NCBI GenBank assembly: GCA_977030845.1
Contig: OZ365114.1
Span: 15,562,001-15,626,000 of the forward strand
Reading direction: 5' to 3'
Source of the DNA: Fimbriosthenelais zetlandica
Lineage: Eukaryota
DNA length: 64,000 bases
Both the position numbers and the translations under genes were made by a program. Every line of letters begins with the position of its first letter. Positions within the stretch are counted from its first letter, which is position 1. The notes beneath the pieces are model-generated. The model was not told the origin of the DNA. It saw only the letters and a list, made by a program, of their open reading frames with translations, and did not search any database. Shown here piece after piece: positions 26,216-39,900 of the stretch.

Positions 26216-28116
26216 ATTTCGTTTTCCTGTTCATAGATCGGTCCTAATGCCTTGGTTCTTGTAATTATTCAAGAACACGAGGAGGAGAATAGGTCACTTT
26301 TCATGGTAGAAGAAATGACATTTAGAAGAAAAGTAGGGACCGTGATAATTGCTCAGGTCCTTAACACATATTGTTTTATTGACATTACAAAATAAAAGAG
26401 ATGGAATTCAATTATGCAATAGCACAGACAAGTAATGATAATAGAATAAAGAAGTTTATATCAATAATTTGTGCTCTCTATTTCTCTATGCAATTTGTAT
26501 ATGGTGTTGGGTTTTGACCAATACATGCAAAACCAGCCATTTTTTTTTTTTAAAGAAACACACACAAAAACATTTCAGCCAAAATGTGCGGCCTACCTAC
26601 TGGGCCAATATGTCCTTCACTATTACGTTGATATTACTTAATTTAATTTTCCGAAGACTATAAGAAGGTTTGAACCATGTAATGCCTACCAGCTAATGTT
26701 GATGGCATCTCATATACAGTGAGATTTTGTATTAGAACCTTCCGTGGCATTGCCTGAACTCACTTCCTTCCAGGTCCACTTCCTGTCATCCTCCCCTAGT
26801 GGTTGTGCATGGTACTGCTAGTTGGTGGCAGTCATGCTATTTGTGGGGAAGTACAGAGCCGTACCACTACTGTAGGACACGGATATTTTATGTGCCCCAT
26901 TAGTCCCACCCTTCCTCGCCACTAATGAATAGTCCAAATTCCTGTGTTTTAGGTCAGATTAATTATCCGAAAATGAAAGCCTGATGCTGTTGCATTAAAT
27001 ATATTCATAAATACAACCAGTCATTAACTCTGAAGTAGACATAATTTTATTTTATCATATCATCTTCATAAAGCTAAAAAGTATGCAACAGATTTGCCTT
27101 CTTGACTTGGAATGAATACCCTACCAATCTGCACTTTTATGGTGAATACGTGAGTGCCTTGCCAGCTCAGATCAACAACTGCCATTGTTTGCTGCTCTTG
27201 CTCTCCGACCTTCCGCGAGCAGCTCGGCCATTCAGCAAGACAGGAGGACAGGGCCAGTCATCCTCCCACTCTCCTATATCGGCCAGCTTCTCTTCTACTT
27301 TCTGCTTATGATAGTTCTCCTGTCCAGACTACATGTTCTTCCTGTTCTGCCTAGTCTTATACTTTCATGCTCCTCTTCCCTTCCTTTTCCTACTCGTCCC
27401 ATTCCTCATTCCCACAGTCTCCCCTCATACACCTCCCCCCGCCCACCCACACTTAACTCCCAACCGACTTTCAAATGCCTCCTCCCCATGCGGCAAAAGG
27501 CTAAAGGGCATGAGGGCGTCGGCCCCCTCCTGGCTCCCCTGACAACTACTGGACTGTACAAGCCCCACCCAATAGTGCTGACCACTGACCATAAGTACCA
27601 TCCCATTAGTGGCAGGTCTTTCTGTTTACCCATTAAGTCCAGCATTATCTGCCTTACATTTGTTTCTATAGTTTTTGTATACATTATGTTGTTATAGAAC
27701 GGTCTGTTAAATCATCAGCCCCATTTTAACATTCAATCGCTAAAATTTTACATCCAGGCATTGTATAGTTCTATTGTAATTTTAATATCACTCTACATTT
27801 TCATCAGAGCTTCCTCATGCGTAAATCCACAAAGGAGTTAAATTAGAATATTGTCTTTCCAAATAATTATAGTAATATGAAAGTTTATCCCAGCAATGTT
27901 ATGCTCACAGAGTGACAACTTGACAGTTATCGGTCACATCATACGTAGAATTCATAATAAAGGCCTGCCCATATAAGGACTCCAGGCAATATTTTAAGCC
28001 TGAACTCGTGGGTTTTTTCATCAGGAACAAGGGACAAAAGTTGAGATATTACCCGTTGGTTAGACTGTGGGAAGATTTATAGATTTTTTATTTTATTTGT
28101 TTTATTAAAGGACCTC

Positions 28117-28186
28117 TGGGGCCCGTTTCAGCGCAAAGATTTCCCATAAACTTTGCATTGCTAATGGTGGTTCTGAAACAGGTCCA
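28117..28186. repeat. ~70 bp imperfect foldback with MITE-like ends
   Basis: GGGCCCGTTTCAG ... CTGAAACAGGTCC (11 of 13 complementary), plus inner GCAAAG/CTTTGC. The ends resemble PIF/Harbinger-type MITE TIRs (inference). Confidence 0.4.
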
Positions 28187-30389
28187 TGGTGTATTGAAAG
28201 TTGAGTCTTTTTAAAGCCAACGCTCTGCAGCTGTCATATGTTTACACTGCATATTGCGCTGCTGTATTTGCCTTAGCATTAAGCTCCTGAGTAATATCCT
28301 TTCCAACTGTTTTGCCGTGTCACTTTGAAACAATACACAGAGAATAAGATTAGTGCATCTGGCACTTTCATTCAGTCGAGACAATGACTAAATTGCATTG
28401 TTCTGATCCATCTTTCATAAACAATAACTAAGTGGCAATCCACAATGGAATTGCTCACTAAGCAAATATTAGGTAAATATTATAGTGAACTTCATAAGTT
28501 GTTGTCAACCTTCGTGGGGAGCTTCATCGCCCATATCTTGAACTATGTATCTACAGAGGAGGAAAAGTAAGAATGTACAGGGACAAGTCTGAGCATAGGG
28601 GAGAGCGATCCGGTATGGCCCTAGCAAGAGGGATGGTGAGTGATGGAAGCAGTTAACCAGCAAGCTGTCCCATCCGCTTCATACTAGCCAACACTCTATC
28701 ACCCCATACTGCTCTTCTGCTCACACCAAGTCAACAATAGGTGGTCCGATGAACAATGCCAGCTTTAATGAACATTATCAGTGCCAATACCCCTCTTCTG
28801 GTGTTGACCCAACCTTGCCTGCCCCCCGCACGTTCCATCCTCCGGACGTCGGGGTAAAAAATTCCCCGCATTCTGGGTCTCCAGACCTTCCTGCTATACT
28901 GATAATCATGAAGTACATGGATCCTTCCACTAGGGGCGGCCATTTTAAAAGGCAATGATTCATGAGCTGGGATAAAGCAGTGGTGGTATTATGCATCACC
29001 TCATTGATACATGGTGCAAACACATTCCTCAACAAATAACTGTCTATAGGAAGCAACATTAATCTGAGCCCAGTATTTATACTGGGATCTAATGAGTCAA
29101 TGTAATGAGATCGTCGCTCACTCGCCTGTCTAGCCAGCTTTGATAATTTACCCATTAGTTATCTCTCATTACAAGAGCTTCAAAATTATCCAACTTCAAC
29201 CAACACTCCATCTCACATCCAACGCAAGCTTTTATTAGGCACTTTACGAAATATGGCATGCTTGTTCTCATACCCATTGCGTTTGTGCATTTAAATGAAG
29301 TGAAATTCTGCACAGGACAAATCTGAGCTATAAAAATCACAATTGAAATGAGAACCAGGTTACTTTTCTTTATTTGACGTATTTGTGGTGGGCTGCAATT
29401 TGTGGCTTGTTGTATTTTGTGGCTTGCCACTATTTCCAACGTAGGAAGCATGTTATATACAATAAAATAGATATTATTTCCCATCATCATCTCTATCTCT
29501 AGATCTCACGATGTACCAGTGAGCTATAGAAATATCGCCACATTCAATTTACATCATAATATCCTCTGGCTAGACGACTATCGTGCCATGGCCTCAAATC
29601 TATGAAAGCAGAGTTGGCCAGATAAAATATCCATAAAGTTGTCTAATGAAAACGCAATGAAGTCTCTATGGCATAACCTGATATATGCGGAATATTTTCT
29701 GTCAAACTCTACATAAGGCTACCATCCACTGCCTGCAGGTTAGATGGAGAATGTGTGATTTTAAACTGGCCCATTAAATACTATGCTAATGCTGATTTTA
29801 AGCCACACGCCCAGGCCAGTATCAATTGCGAGTTATTGGATTGCGGTCGTCAGGCGATCCTTAATCACAAATTGCTCAATGTCACATCCCAGTTTGAAGT
29901 TTACGGCCAGAATGCATTGGGCTGAATGTGCCATGGGTTGCTTAAATTTGTTGTTGCTCCCAATAATGTCAAAACATATTGATTATAATCCAAGGGTTGA
30001 TTCCCATGCATGGGAACAAAATTGGTCCTTACTATTTCTGATGTGAAGGTCTATTGCCTCAACTCGTGTGCACAACACGTATGGTATTGGCGGTGAGAAG
30101 ATACAATTTTTCCCCTCTCATATTTTTGGGTGCTATAGTCTGATGTGCATCAACAACTCGTCAGATTAGTTCAGGACAAAAATGATGAGGACAAAAATAG
30201 AGGAGCAGGGTGTTGGATGGGTTGGGAGCTTTGTGGGTCGGGGGTTGGCACGCTATGGCACAGACATGTTTTAATCAAAACTAATGCGTGTCAGTCGTAT
30301 AATACGTGATGTTGGTCGCCATGGAAATTCAGAGAGTGAGAGCGAGATGGGAAAGGCAAGAGACAGTACCATGTGATTGGGAGAGAGCT

Positions 30390-30427
30390 GGGGGATGGGG
30401 AGGTATGGGGGTAGGGCGGGGGATGGG
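30390..30427 (+). other. G-quadruplex-forming motif (six G-tracts)
   Basis: GGGGGatGGGGaggtatGGGGGtaGGGcGGGGGatGGG fits G3+N1-7 repeated at least four times. Confidence 0.6.
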
Positions 30428-33400
30428 CTCTGATGGGCTCTTTTGAATAAAATCGAACTTATCATCTCACAACCCCATGTTCTATCAGTGGTAACAATAG
30501 TGGTAAGCCAGATATAATGCTGTCACTGAAAGCTTATACTCTGGTTCATTATGTTATGTTTAATTTTGTGTTTCGCCATCCTGTCCATGCTCAGTCCAGT
30601 CACGTCCTCTTAGGACTGGTTCTGACGCGAATAAATGTTCTCTCGCCTTTTTATGACCCGATGTCACACAAAGAACTGCTGGAAAAACAGTTTCCCCAAA
30701 TGTCAGGAAAAAGGTGTCCTGGAAATATTGTTTTCGCATGTGTATGCAGTTTGTATTCATAGAAAAAAAAGGAAAATTGGTGCTATCTACATACACTTAC
30801 TAACTCACAATAGTGACTTTCTTTCACTGGAAAAATAAAGTACAAAATGCTTATAGGCATGGTATTCGAAGTATTTGTAGTATTTTTTTATGCATGTACC
30901 AAAGTTTGGTACCCCATTCTCCAACAATATTGGAATTCTGTGTACTATATGACTTATTATACTGTATATTATTTATCTATAGAAAACACTGTGACATCTT
31001 GTGCAATTTTATGCTTCATACTTTGTAAAATACACATCAGCAGGTGAAATATTGAGGCTAGGGGCCTTACAAAAAAGTAACACCCACGGTCCTCTGTATT
31101 GATGGGAGTCCTTGTCATCTATCCTCACACCCTACCAAGCGTGTTTTCATGCGGGGAGGATTTAATATTTAAGTTGATATAGAGCCCTACCCCTTTTGTC
31201 TGTACTCCGGGTGTGGTCTGTTTGGTTCGACACTATTCGCTAGTCTATGCATTAAAGGATGTTATTATCTTTTTGTCTTGGATTTCTAAAGCGATCTAAG
31301 CCCATCGAGTCAATGCATTCTCTACAAAACCTGAGAGACTATTAATTGTGCTTGTCAGGGAGGGGTTGGTTTACATCTTTGCTTCTAAAGGAACAGGTAC
31401 TTCCGCCGAGCACACAAAGATCTGACCGAGGCGCCCCACAGTGGCAGATGTGTTTGCCCGCCACCCATCCCACTGTCTGAGGTTGTGCAGCCCACAATAG
31501 ATTGCAGCCGATATCTCTTAGACATCCTTCAAAGGTCACATTGGAAGCTTTGGGCAAAAGACAGGTGCTGTGACCTCTAATTTTAGTGTCAAGGTCAGGC
31601 AAGGTCAGCAGATGTCTCCAGATGTGAGCATGGGAGGGGGGATGCATATAAGAGGGTGCTGCTTGTCTGTGCCAAGTGTGCTGCCAGCCAGCCAGCCTCC
31701 CTTTTGGGACTTCACGCATGCGTCGCTGTGCGTTTCCTGCTGATCACGCATGACTGGTTAGCACTTCCATCAATCCATGTATTTTCCTGGCTTGCTCTGT
31801 CAGGATTCATTCTGGATCATTTGTTTCTTTCATTTGTGGCTTCCCTTCTGCCACACTTACAGATGCCAAGGACAAGGCATCAACACTTCCATACGTGCAA
31901 TAGGGGAAAAGAATACTGCCCAGCCTATCCTTATTTGGTTCGATAATCAGCACCTATTGTGTGGAATCAACTGGCAGCCTTGTGTAATGCCAATACCATT
32001 CATATCATCCCATTGTTCACAGTGGCTGATTTAATATCAATTTTAACAAAGATTGAAATTAATTGAGACCACTTTTTAAGGTCGGTCTAATTTTGTTTCT
32101 TTAACTCTGACAAGAGACATCAAATGATAATCCCCGTCGCTGTGCCTCTTTCTCATCCTGGCCAGGCAGTTAATTGATTCACCTGGAGCTCGTGCCAGCT
32201 CATCCCGAGAGAAAATGTCCCCAAAAAGAAGAGCTTGTTATTGTAAAGAATATTATCCCTCCAGGTCTTTGAAAATAGCCGATGACTCACAATGATTCCC
32301 AAAGCATGGAATGTGTCGGAAGTGCAAGTCTGGGAGCATGAAAGGTTCTGTTTGTTTCTTATGTTCCATTGCTCGTACTTGGGTTCTTTCATCCTCGGAT
32401 GTATACCGGATATATCTACCGGGGGGAAAAAGATGACCTTACACATGACTTCCTGTTAGGATGTTGCAAAAACAGGGTAATTTACTATCGAAATAAGCTT
32501 ATTTGGATATTAGACATATTGCCATCTTGGAGACTATATTTGGTTTTACCCAATGCAAAATATTCTTCAACTCAAGCTAAATTGTATCTTTCTGTCATGT
32601 CTTTTTACTGTGGTGAATCATTTGATAGGACTCTCCCTGAAATATGTACCTTTAGATTACAAATCTGAAGCATTTAATTTAGGGATAATTACCACTATGC
32701 ATGTTTTATGGATCCGTGCATAAAGTTTTAACTCGATGAAACTACATTGCCAAATTTCTGCCATGAATCTAAATCAGGATAACCAGGAAAATTGAAGTTG
32801 TCAAAACTGTTCGAATCAGCTGGTGCCAAGGACTCTATAAAAAATGTCTCGGTTCTGTTAATGAACCTGTCTATTTAGTTTGAATGTGGGTCATTGACAT
32901 CCTCTAACTCCAAGTACAATGCACTACGTTGCCTAGATAATTACATTAATAAATTTTTGTTCTGTCACAAATTTACATGGTGAAAACAAGGTCATTTTTT
33001 CTTGACTGTCAGATACTAGGAAGGGAAGACATTCAATTAATCAATGGATTGCTTGGTGTCAGGCTATTTGCCCGTCCATTTAAGTGTTTATCCTAAAAGA
33101 AAAAGATCTAAAATGGATGATGTAATTTAATTTCCATATGCAAAAGCCGCCGTACCACTGCCATTTTGCATACAGGGGGGTACTGTGTTTTCATTAAGGA
33201 CACAGACAATGCCAGTGGAAAACTGTATCATTGTCTCTAAGTAGAAATTCTGCACTGAAGAAAAATCAAATTGAAGTCACATAATCCTCTGGACCCTGGC
33301 TCATCTGGTCTTCACTCAGCCAGATTGTCTTCCACATAAATCCAGGCCTAGACCCGATTTGATTAGTTTGGAATCCTTCCTAGGACTACCTAATTTACAC

Positions 33401-34367
33401 TAGTGACTCGGACCGGACAAGGTCTATAGACACTGAAAATCCTTCACATTGGCAATGTGATTTCTTGATGAGCACTTCCAATTGAGAAGGGCTTGGTTTG
33501 GGCAGCCAGGGGACGACCCTATAAAACAGAGATGTCATTTGAATTCTGGCAGTCGGTCCCTGCTCCTAACATGCCAGGCCAAAGAGCTGGACACCCGAAG
33601 GCCATTTCCTGAGCACATACACTGATGGGCCGTCTCTAATTCTCAGCCATACGGATCGCAGGCTTCTAAGGGACTCTACACCTCTCAGACAGCCTTCCTG
33701 TCCCGAATACCAAACCTGAAGGTAATTAAAAGGAAGGGGCCCGAGACTCACTCAAGGGGGACCGAGGGGTGATCTTCCAACAGCGAATAGGATCTGATCA
33801 TTGATCCAAAGCTAACCTACTGTTGAGGGCAGAGACAATGCCCTCAACCAATAAGACTTGAGAGCGAATACAAAGTTTAATAGTTAATTAAGCCGAGAAG
33901 CCTCATGAAGGTTGGGAGTCCGTGATCGGGAGGTGCTGTAGGAGCCCAGTTGGCCTGCCTCACCATGTGAACTGATTGGCATCAGACTGTATGGAGGAAC
34001 CCACAGGGGCTCCTTCTCCTGGCCTGAGAACACAGGGAGAGTATAGACCCACCAGAGATGAGCAAAGTCTCAGGGGATCTCCAACTGAATGGAGGATGCC
34101 TTCTAGTTCATCAGTCAAAGCTGACCCTCTATAGATGCTCCCTCTTCTCCACCTTATGTTAATTCAGACCAGGATTGCAGGAGAAAAATGGAGTGTGTAG
34201 ATTTTGTATTGATTTCTGGTCATTTGGTTGGCCTTTGTGGTGGTAGCTGATTCCCACCGACTCCAGCCAGTCGCTAAGCGAGTCAATTGCCTGTGGACCT
34301 CAGCAACTGGACACTGCTGCTTCTAGATCCAACTTAGATTTTCATTGAAACACTGACTTAGGGCAAG

Positions 34368-34383
34368 GCTCTGATACTTGATG
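34368..34383 (-). mobile_element. Possible degenerate LTR/PBS junction (plant tRNA-iMet type)
   Basis: Minus strand reads CATCAAGTATCAGAGC, equal to the common plant junction CATCAAGTGGTATCAGAGC with a 3 nt deletion. No second LTR or clear gag found. Confidence 0.2.
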
Positions 34384-36593
34384 GCGTTTGGTGACATAGA
34401 ACCAAAGTAACAATTAGCAAAGGTGTAAAAGATCCAAAAGTGTGGCAAATTGTAGGTGTATTTTGTTGCCGAAACTAGTTTCTCAAGTCAATATCTGAGA
34501 GTTTCTCTTGGAGATTACTTAAAGTGAATATCCTGTATGGGTCAGTCACTTCTTACGTAAAAGACAATCAAATAATATTATTGTAAGATCAATTTTAATT
34601 TGAATATTTTGCCGCTATATGAATACTTCATGATGAATTAACACTTTAATCAACCGTCTTCTCATTGTTTTCCATAAATTGTTAGCAATAAATATGAACC
34701 AGCTCCAAGAAAAAGCTGGACTGACCTGTCCCTTCATAAATTTATCTTATTCTTCCATGTAGGTCTTGGCCAGACCCTCAGTCATACATTGTTAATGAGG
34801 CTATTGTGTATGGGTCTCCATAGTGCAATGAGTAGCTCCCTTTATTCCACGTCTGTAATTGATTCTGAGCTTGACCTTAGGAGAACTCCTTAAAGAATGG
34901 CCCGAGGTGCCCTCACACCGTCCATTTTTTTCATGGTGCCCCACACTGTTCATTCATAGGCACTCTGAATGGATTCTGTGTCACATGAAAATAATTTCTT
35001 TAAATTAATTATATTTTAAACGGTCAGAATCGATTTTCCCATGTGAAGTTAGAAACTGTCCTTATTGGTCTTGCCAAATCCTAGTTAAACTAAGGACTAG
35101 ATGTGAAGGACGTTGGGTCAAAGGTCAAGAGCTCTAAAGTGCCTGTGGTCCATTAGTGCGCATGTGCTGAAGGAAGAGGAAAACTCAGTTTCCGGTTCCA
35201 TCCCCACAGCCCTACAAATCATATGCGTTTATGACAGGTTGTCAAAAACGTCAGGGGTGTAAGTGAATTTTTAAATTCATTGCTGTCTCTGCATGCAACT
35301 TGATTCTGTTTGCCTCTAAAAATGGATGGAGCATTGACCAAGATTAAGCTTTTAGTTGTCAGTTTAGTGTCATGTATAATTGGTGGCTGGCCCATTTGTG
35401 GCCGTCGCATCTGAGTCGGTATTGTTTGGTAATGGTCGATTAGCCCCATGGAAATCGTCATCGCCGGGCTCTGATGATACCGAGAACGATCTTGGAATAA
35501 TCTAGAAAATTGAAATGTATTGTCAGGCATTGATTAGCCTTTTGCCAAATTGCTTTCACCGATGACAAGATTGATGGATGGATGGTCAACCAAACTTATT
35601 CACTTAAACTGGGTCAAAAAATTGTCTGGGTCCAATGGTTGAATGATCATCAATCTTGATTAGGTTTCCTTTAATCTAGGACCTTCGGGGCGTGGGGCTC
35701 AAATTTCAATTGCTGCTTGTTTTTGGGATGGGAACAAATAAAAGCAACAGAGGGCCCAATAGGGGGCATGACGGGGGAGGAGGTCCCTGTGGGAAGGGAC
35801 TGAATGATAATGGGATGTGCAGCACTTTATGGGTGGGGCTCTGGCTGCTAGAGGGTCAGAGGGGTTCTAACCTTGGCCCCCCACGAGCTCAAACACCCCC
35901 CTAACACCCTAGTCCCCTGGACAATGTGTCATCACCACAGGGAAATGTCATGGCCTGATGCGCACCCAATTATCATTGTATGCAAATGAGGTGCATGTTG
36001 GACGTGCCCTGTGACCTGTATACTGGCAGCCATCTTGCGTTTAACCGGGTACCGAGGCACATCTGCGGGGCTCATTCCAAATTTAAATGGGCGGAACAGG
36101 CCCTGATGTCATTTAGTCCTTCCTGCAACAAGGGAACCTGCTATTAGAATGTCAGGAGCATTTACCTTTCAATAGAAGAGCAACAATGTACTTCCCCACC
36201 TTCTCTCTTTGATGTCAACCCGAAGTCCATTCATTGACTTTCTTTGTGAATACTAATGTGAAATATTGCTAATTCTTTCACAATCTACTCTGATCTCTGA
36301 CTGAGTAATTTGTAGGTTGACTGCGAGTGTAAACCACCGTGTAATGAAACGTTAAATTGTTGTCAATTGAATAAAACTGTAAAACCTTTCTGAAAGGAGT
36401 TCCCTATGTTTATATACACTCTATATGTTGTGGGGCATGGCATTTATATTTATTGGAAAATCCATTATTCATCACCGAGTTAAAGGGAAGAAAAGAAAAT
36501 CTGTTAATTCTTTGTTTCTAACTGGAAATAAAAAGAATGGAAAAAGGTTTTTAAAAAAACGTATCCATCACCGTCCTGTTTGTTCTCCTACAG

Positions 36594-36648
36594 ATTGAAA
36601 GAAGAATTTTAAAAACGAATCCCATGACTGTCAGGATTTCTTACATTT
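36594..36648 (+). CDS. Candidate exon A (55 nt), unknown product
   Basis: Acceptor ccgtcctgtttgttctcctacAG, open frame IERRILKTNPMTVRISYI, donor TTT/gtaaga. Ends in phase 1, compatible with exon B. Confidence 0.3.
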
Positions 36649-36756
36649 GTAAGATTCTCAAAGAAATCCACTTTGTGTCTCACGTCCGCCATATAAAAGT
36701 CGATTACCTATATGTGTGTACCTGCTTATATGTACATACATGTATATGTTTTACAG

Positions 36757-36960
36757 CAAGTTCTATTCACTATAGACGAGACTTTCCTCCCCATGGTAGA
36801 AGACATTTTGCCTGCTGCAAGATGCCCTATAATGTACTTGAGCTATTTGACAATCGTTATTTGAAAGTAGGCTCTGGAATTGTTTTAAAGACATTGGCTG
36901 CAGCGCCGGTCGGGGGAGAAAAGGAAAAAAGCTTGCAACAGAATGCCATTTGGGAGGCAG
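36757..36960 (+). CDS. Candidate exon B (204 nt, phase 1-1), unknown product
   Basis: Acceptor atatgttttacAG, stop-free frame (SSIHYRRDFPPHGRRHFACCKMPYNVLELFDNRYLKVGSGIVLK...NAIWEA), strong donor CAG/gtaatt. The preceding 108 nt gap is TA/TG-rich like an intron. Confidence 0.35.
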
Positions 36961-39900
36961 GTAATTGAGCTATGCACTTTGCTGCAGTCACGAGATCTTG
37001 AAATCACGATTCTTCACTTTGCCTTCAGTTTGACACATCGGTAGAGTGGGAGGAAGAGGCAGAGTGACTTTCAAGGCTTGGTCCCAAGGAAAGGCCACCC
37101 CGGTCAGTATTGTTCTAATAGGACTGGTTCTAACATTTATATAACAAGTTCCATACAAAAGATACATGATTTTCCAATGTTAATAAAATGAAACTTAAGG
37201 CTTTATCCGATGATAATACCATTAGCATAGGCCTGATACATTTATCGCACTGGTGTGACACTAATGGAGTACGCATTTTTTAACATGTGCTTTAAATGTA
37301 CTTTCTGCATACATGTACATTTCCATTCATTTGAATCATTATTCCCATTGGGAATATTCAATCTTATCTACTGAATTATCTGTCATTCGGGATATTTAAT
37401 CTTAGTCTCATTCATTAGAGATTGACACCCTTTATTGTAAAAATACTCTTTGTGTGCAATATGCATACAGAAGGGTCTTTTTTATACATATAACAAATCC
37501 TTCTGCAGAAGGTATTGTATATGTATACGAAGCCACTCATGCATATAGAACTCTTCTCGAGTAATTCCTTTAACATCTTTTGCCAGCCATGCCTTCAATG
37601 CATATATATCCACACTTCTAACGACCGAACATAAAAATGACAATGAGTAGAGACAGATACAGCTCAGAAACCTTGCCGTTTCCAACGCTTTCTACATACA
37701 TAATGAGAGAAAAATCTATATTCCTTGTCTTATATATTCTTCTCGCTTTTTCATTTCACGCCACGTCGCATCTAAGCAGGGATCATTCAACTATTTCAGT
37801 GCAGGCCACCCAAGGCCTTTAAGTGGTCTTATTTCTCCAGCGAACGCCCTGAACTGAATCCTAATCTTGCCAGGCCTTAATTAAGCCCTTGTCCCTACAG
37901 ACTTTTAGGTAAATTAAGGTAAAAAACCAGAAGCAATCTATCGCTGCCTGGCTGAGACGGGGACGGGTGAAAAGGGAGCGTATAAATGAAGTATCTGGCT
38001 TAGCAGGGTGTTTATATGGTTAGGCACTGGAGATGGTGGGTGGGCGGTGGACTCGAGAGGTATTGCTGAAAGGGAGGGTCACTATCTGTGGCCATTGTGT
38101 TACTTTACAACTGACCAACTCTAAATCAATATACTTATGTTGTACATGTACCTTTGTTATTGTAAGACAATTGTAAGAGTAGTTTGATAGACTATGTGTT
38201 GCCAGTACATTGTTTTATATTATTTTGAGCTCTGGCAAACCAGGCTAAAGAAGTGCAAGATTATTCTTACGTTATTGTAAGGTTTCATTTGGTATGAACA
38301 TGGAAGAGTGATAACACAGTACTTACTGAATTTTATCAGTAATAGTCCCCACATATCAACCTTACAGCATATGACTCTTCCTTAAGCTGTTGCTTGCTTC
38401 CTCAGACACATTTTTATGGTATAATTTGGCTAGAAAATGTGAGATAAATTCCATCAGAATGAGGGGTGCAACATGTATCAGTTGTGTTGGGAAAGCATGA
38501 GCTTCCTGAATAGGTAAAGCCTAAACACAATATTTATGATATAGTATATATTAGACCGTAATAATTCTTCATACATTAGGGAAGATGTAAAAAACAAATA
38601 GGCCTAGATAATCAGTGAAGCCCCCACTGTTACATGTCGTGCACTAGATTTTACTTCATATAAATGATGGGTACTCCTTCAGGAGCCAATATATTGAAAT
38701 TTCCACGAAGCCAATTGATCACCTGTTTATACACCAAAGCACTCCCTGCATTCTGATGTGATTTCTTGAGGGAAGTCCTGCATGTTTCATCTGGGAGCAA
38801 TGAATGGCAACTTACGGCAGCTTATAAACTCTGCCTTGACACTGTCTTAATCTGCCTAGCCAAGCTCATTGCTGGTAACATGCCGTAGGCCATCTCTTAA
38901 ATGGTTAGTATAAGCTGATAATCAGACAAAAGAATTTCTTAAATCCTGATGAAATAAGAAGTACATCCCACCATAAGATATGACCCTAATCCATCCAGCA
39001 TGTTGAGGCTTTTTATTTTCATATAAGGATTGATTGCTGAGGGAAAGTGTGTAGTGAATCGGCTATGCTTTTTGCCTTTGTAGACGTCACCATAGAACAT
39101 GGGGTCCAGTCACTTCCCTATGTGTAATGATACTTGATTTCTACTGCATAGATCTGTGTGGCACAGTTATATATCCTTTTGCTTTAGACACACTATTAAC
39201 TATGCTTGCAGTTTCATATATAAGCTGGTGCTAAACAATAAACATGGCTTGATAGCCGTTCACCACACGAGAGAGACATAGACATCACTGATCTAGATTG
39301 GTGAGGTCGGAGTACTGTATGGCCTAAGGGCCCCCTTTGATTCACACTATATTGAAGCTATCCCTTGCGAAATGTAAAATATGGCAACAAATTACATATT
39401 AAAATCAAAGAATCACAGTCGGCGAGTTGAGACTTTGCTCAACATTGAAGTGACTATGTCCTTAACCAATTAGAGCACAGCTAATTTGGTTCAGCAGCTA
39501 ATGTCACTTGACCAATGAGAACACAGAGAACTAAGACAACCAATAGCTTTTCAGTGAGAGCCAGAACATCTGTCTCCTGCATCAATGATATCAAAGCTCT
39601 GTTTTATTCTTATGGAAAACTCGTATCAGCGGCAGGATCAAAAAAACAAGAGACCAGCCAAAATGGCTGAACTATTGGTACATTATTTTGTAATCAAGCA
39701 TGGTGCACTGAGAGGCTGAGATTTATGTTCGCCTATTTTCACGGGGACCGGAAGCTAAATAGCGACCACATTATGCTCTAATAACTGACAAAAAGAGGTC
39801 ATTCATGTTTTCTGCCTTGAATGTTAAGAGAGCTGTGCTATGTAGCCTTTTGTGTAAGTAGAATAACCTGCTGTGATAATGGCCTTCCCGGATTAGGTGC

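Noticed and set aside
27185-27697. Longest ORF in the track (170 aa)
   Set aside because: It runs through a C/T-rich low-complexity tract, gives L/S/P-rich text in several overlapping frames, and shows no domain.
33700-34030. GVPQGSxLGP-like LINE RT motifs on both strands
   Set aside because: Each needs several indels, they occur on opposite strands, and no YADD or KAFD motif sits at the right spacing.
36757-36864. Alternative frame QVLFTIDETFLPMVEDILP resembling acyl-CoA ligase sequence
   Set aside because: The frame closes after 35 codons and shows no AMP-binding motif.
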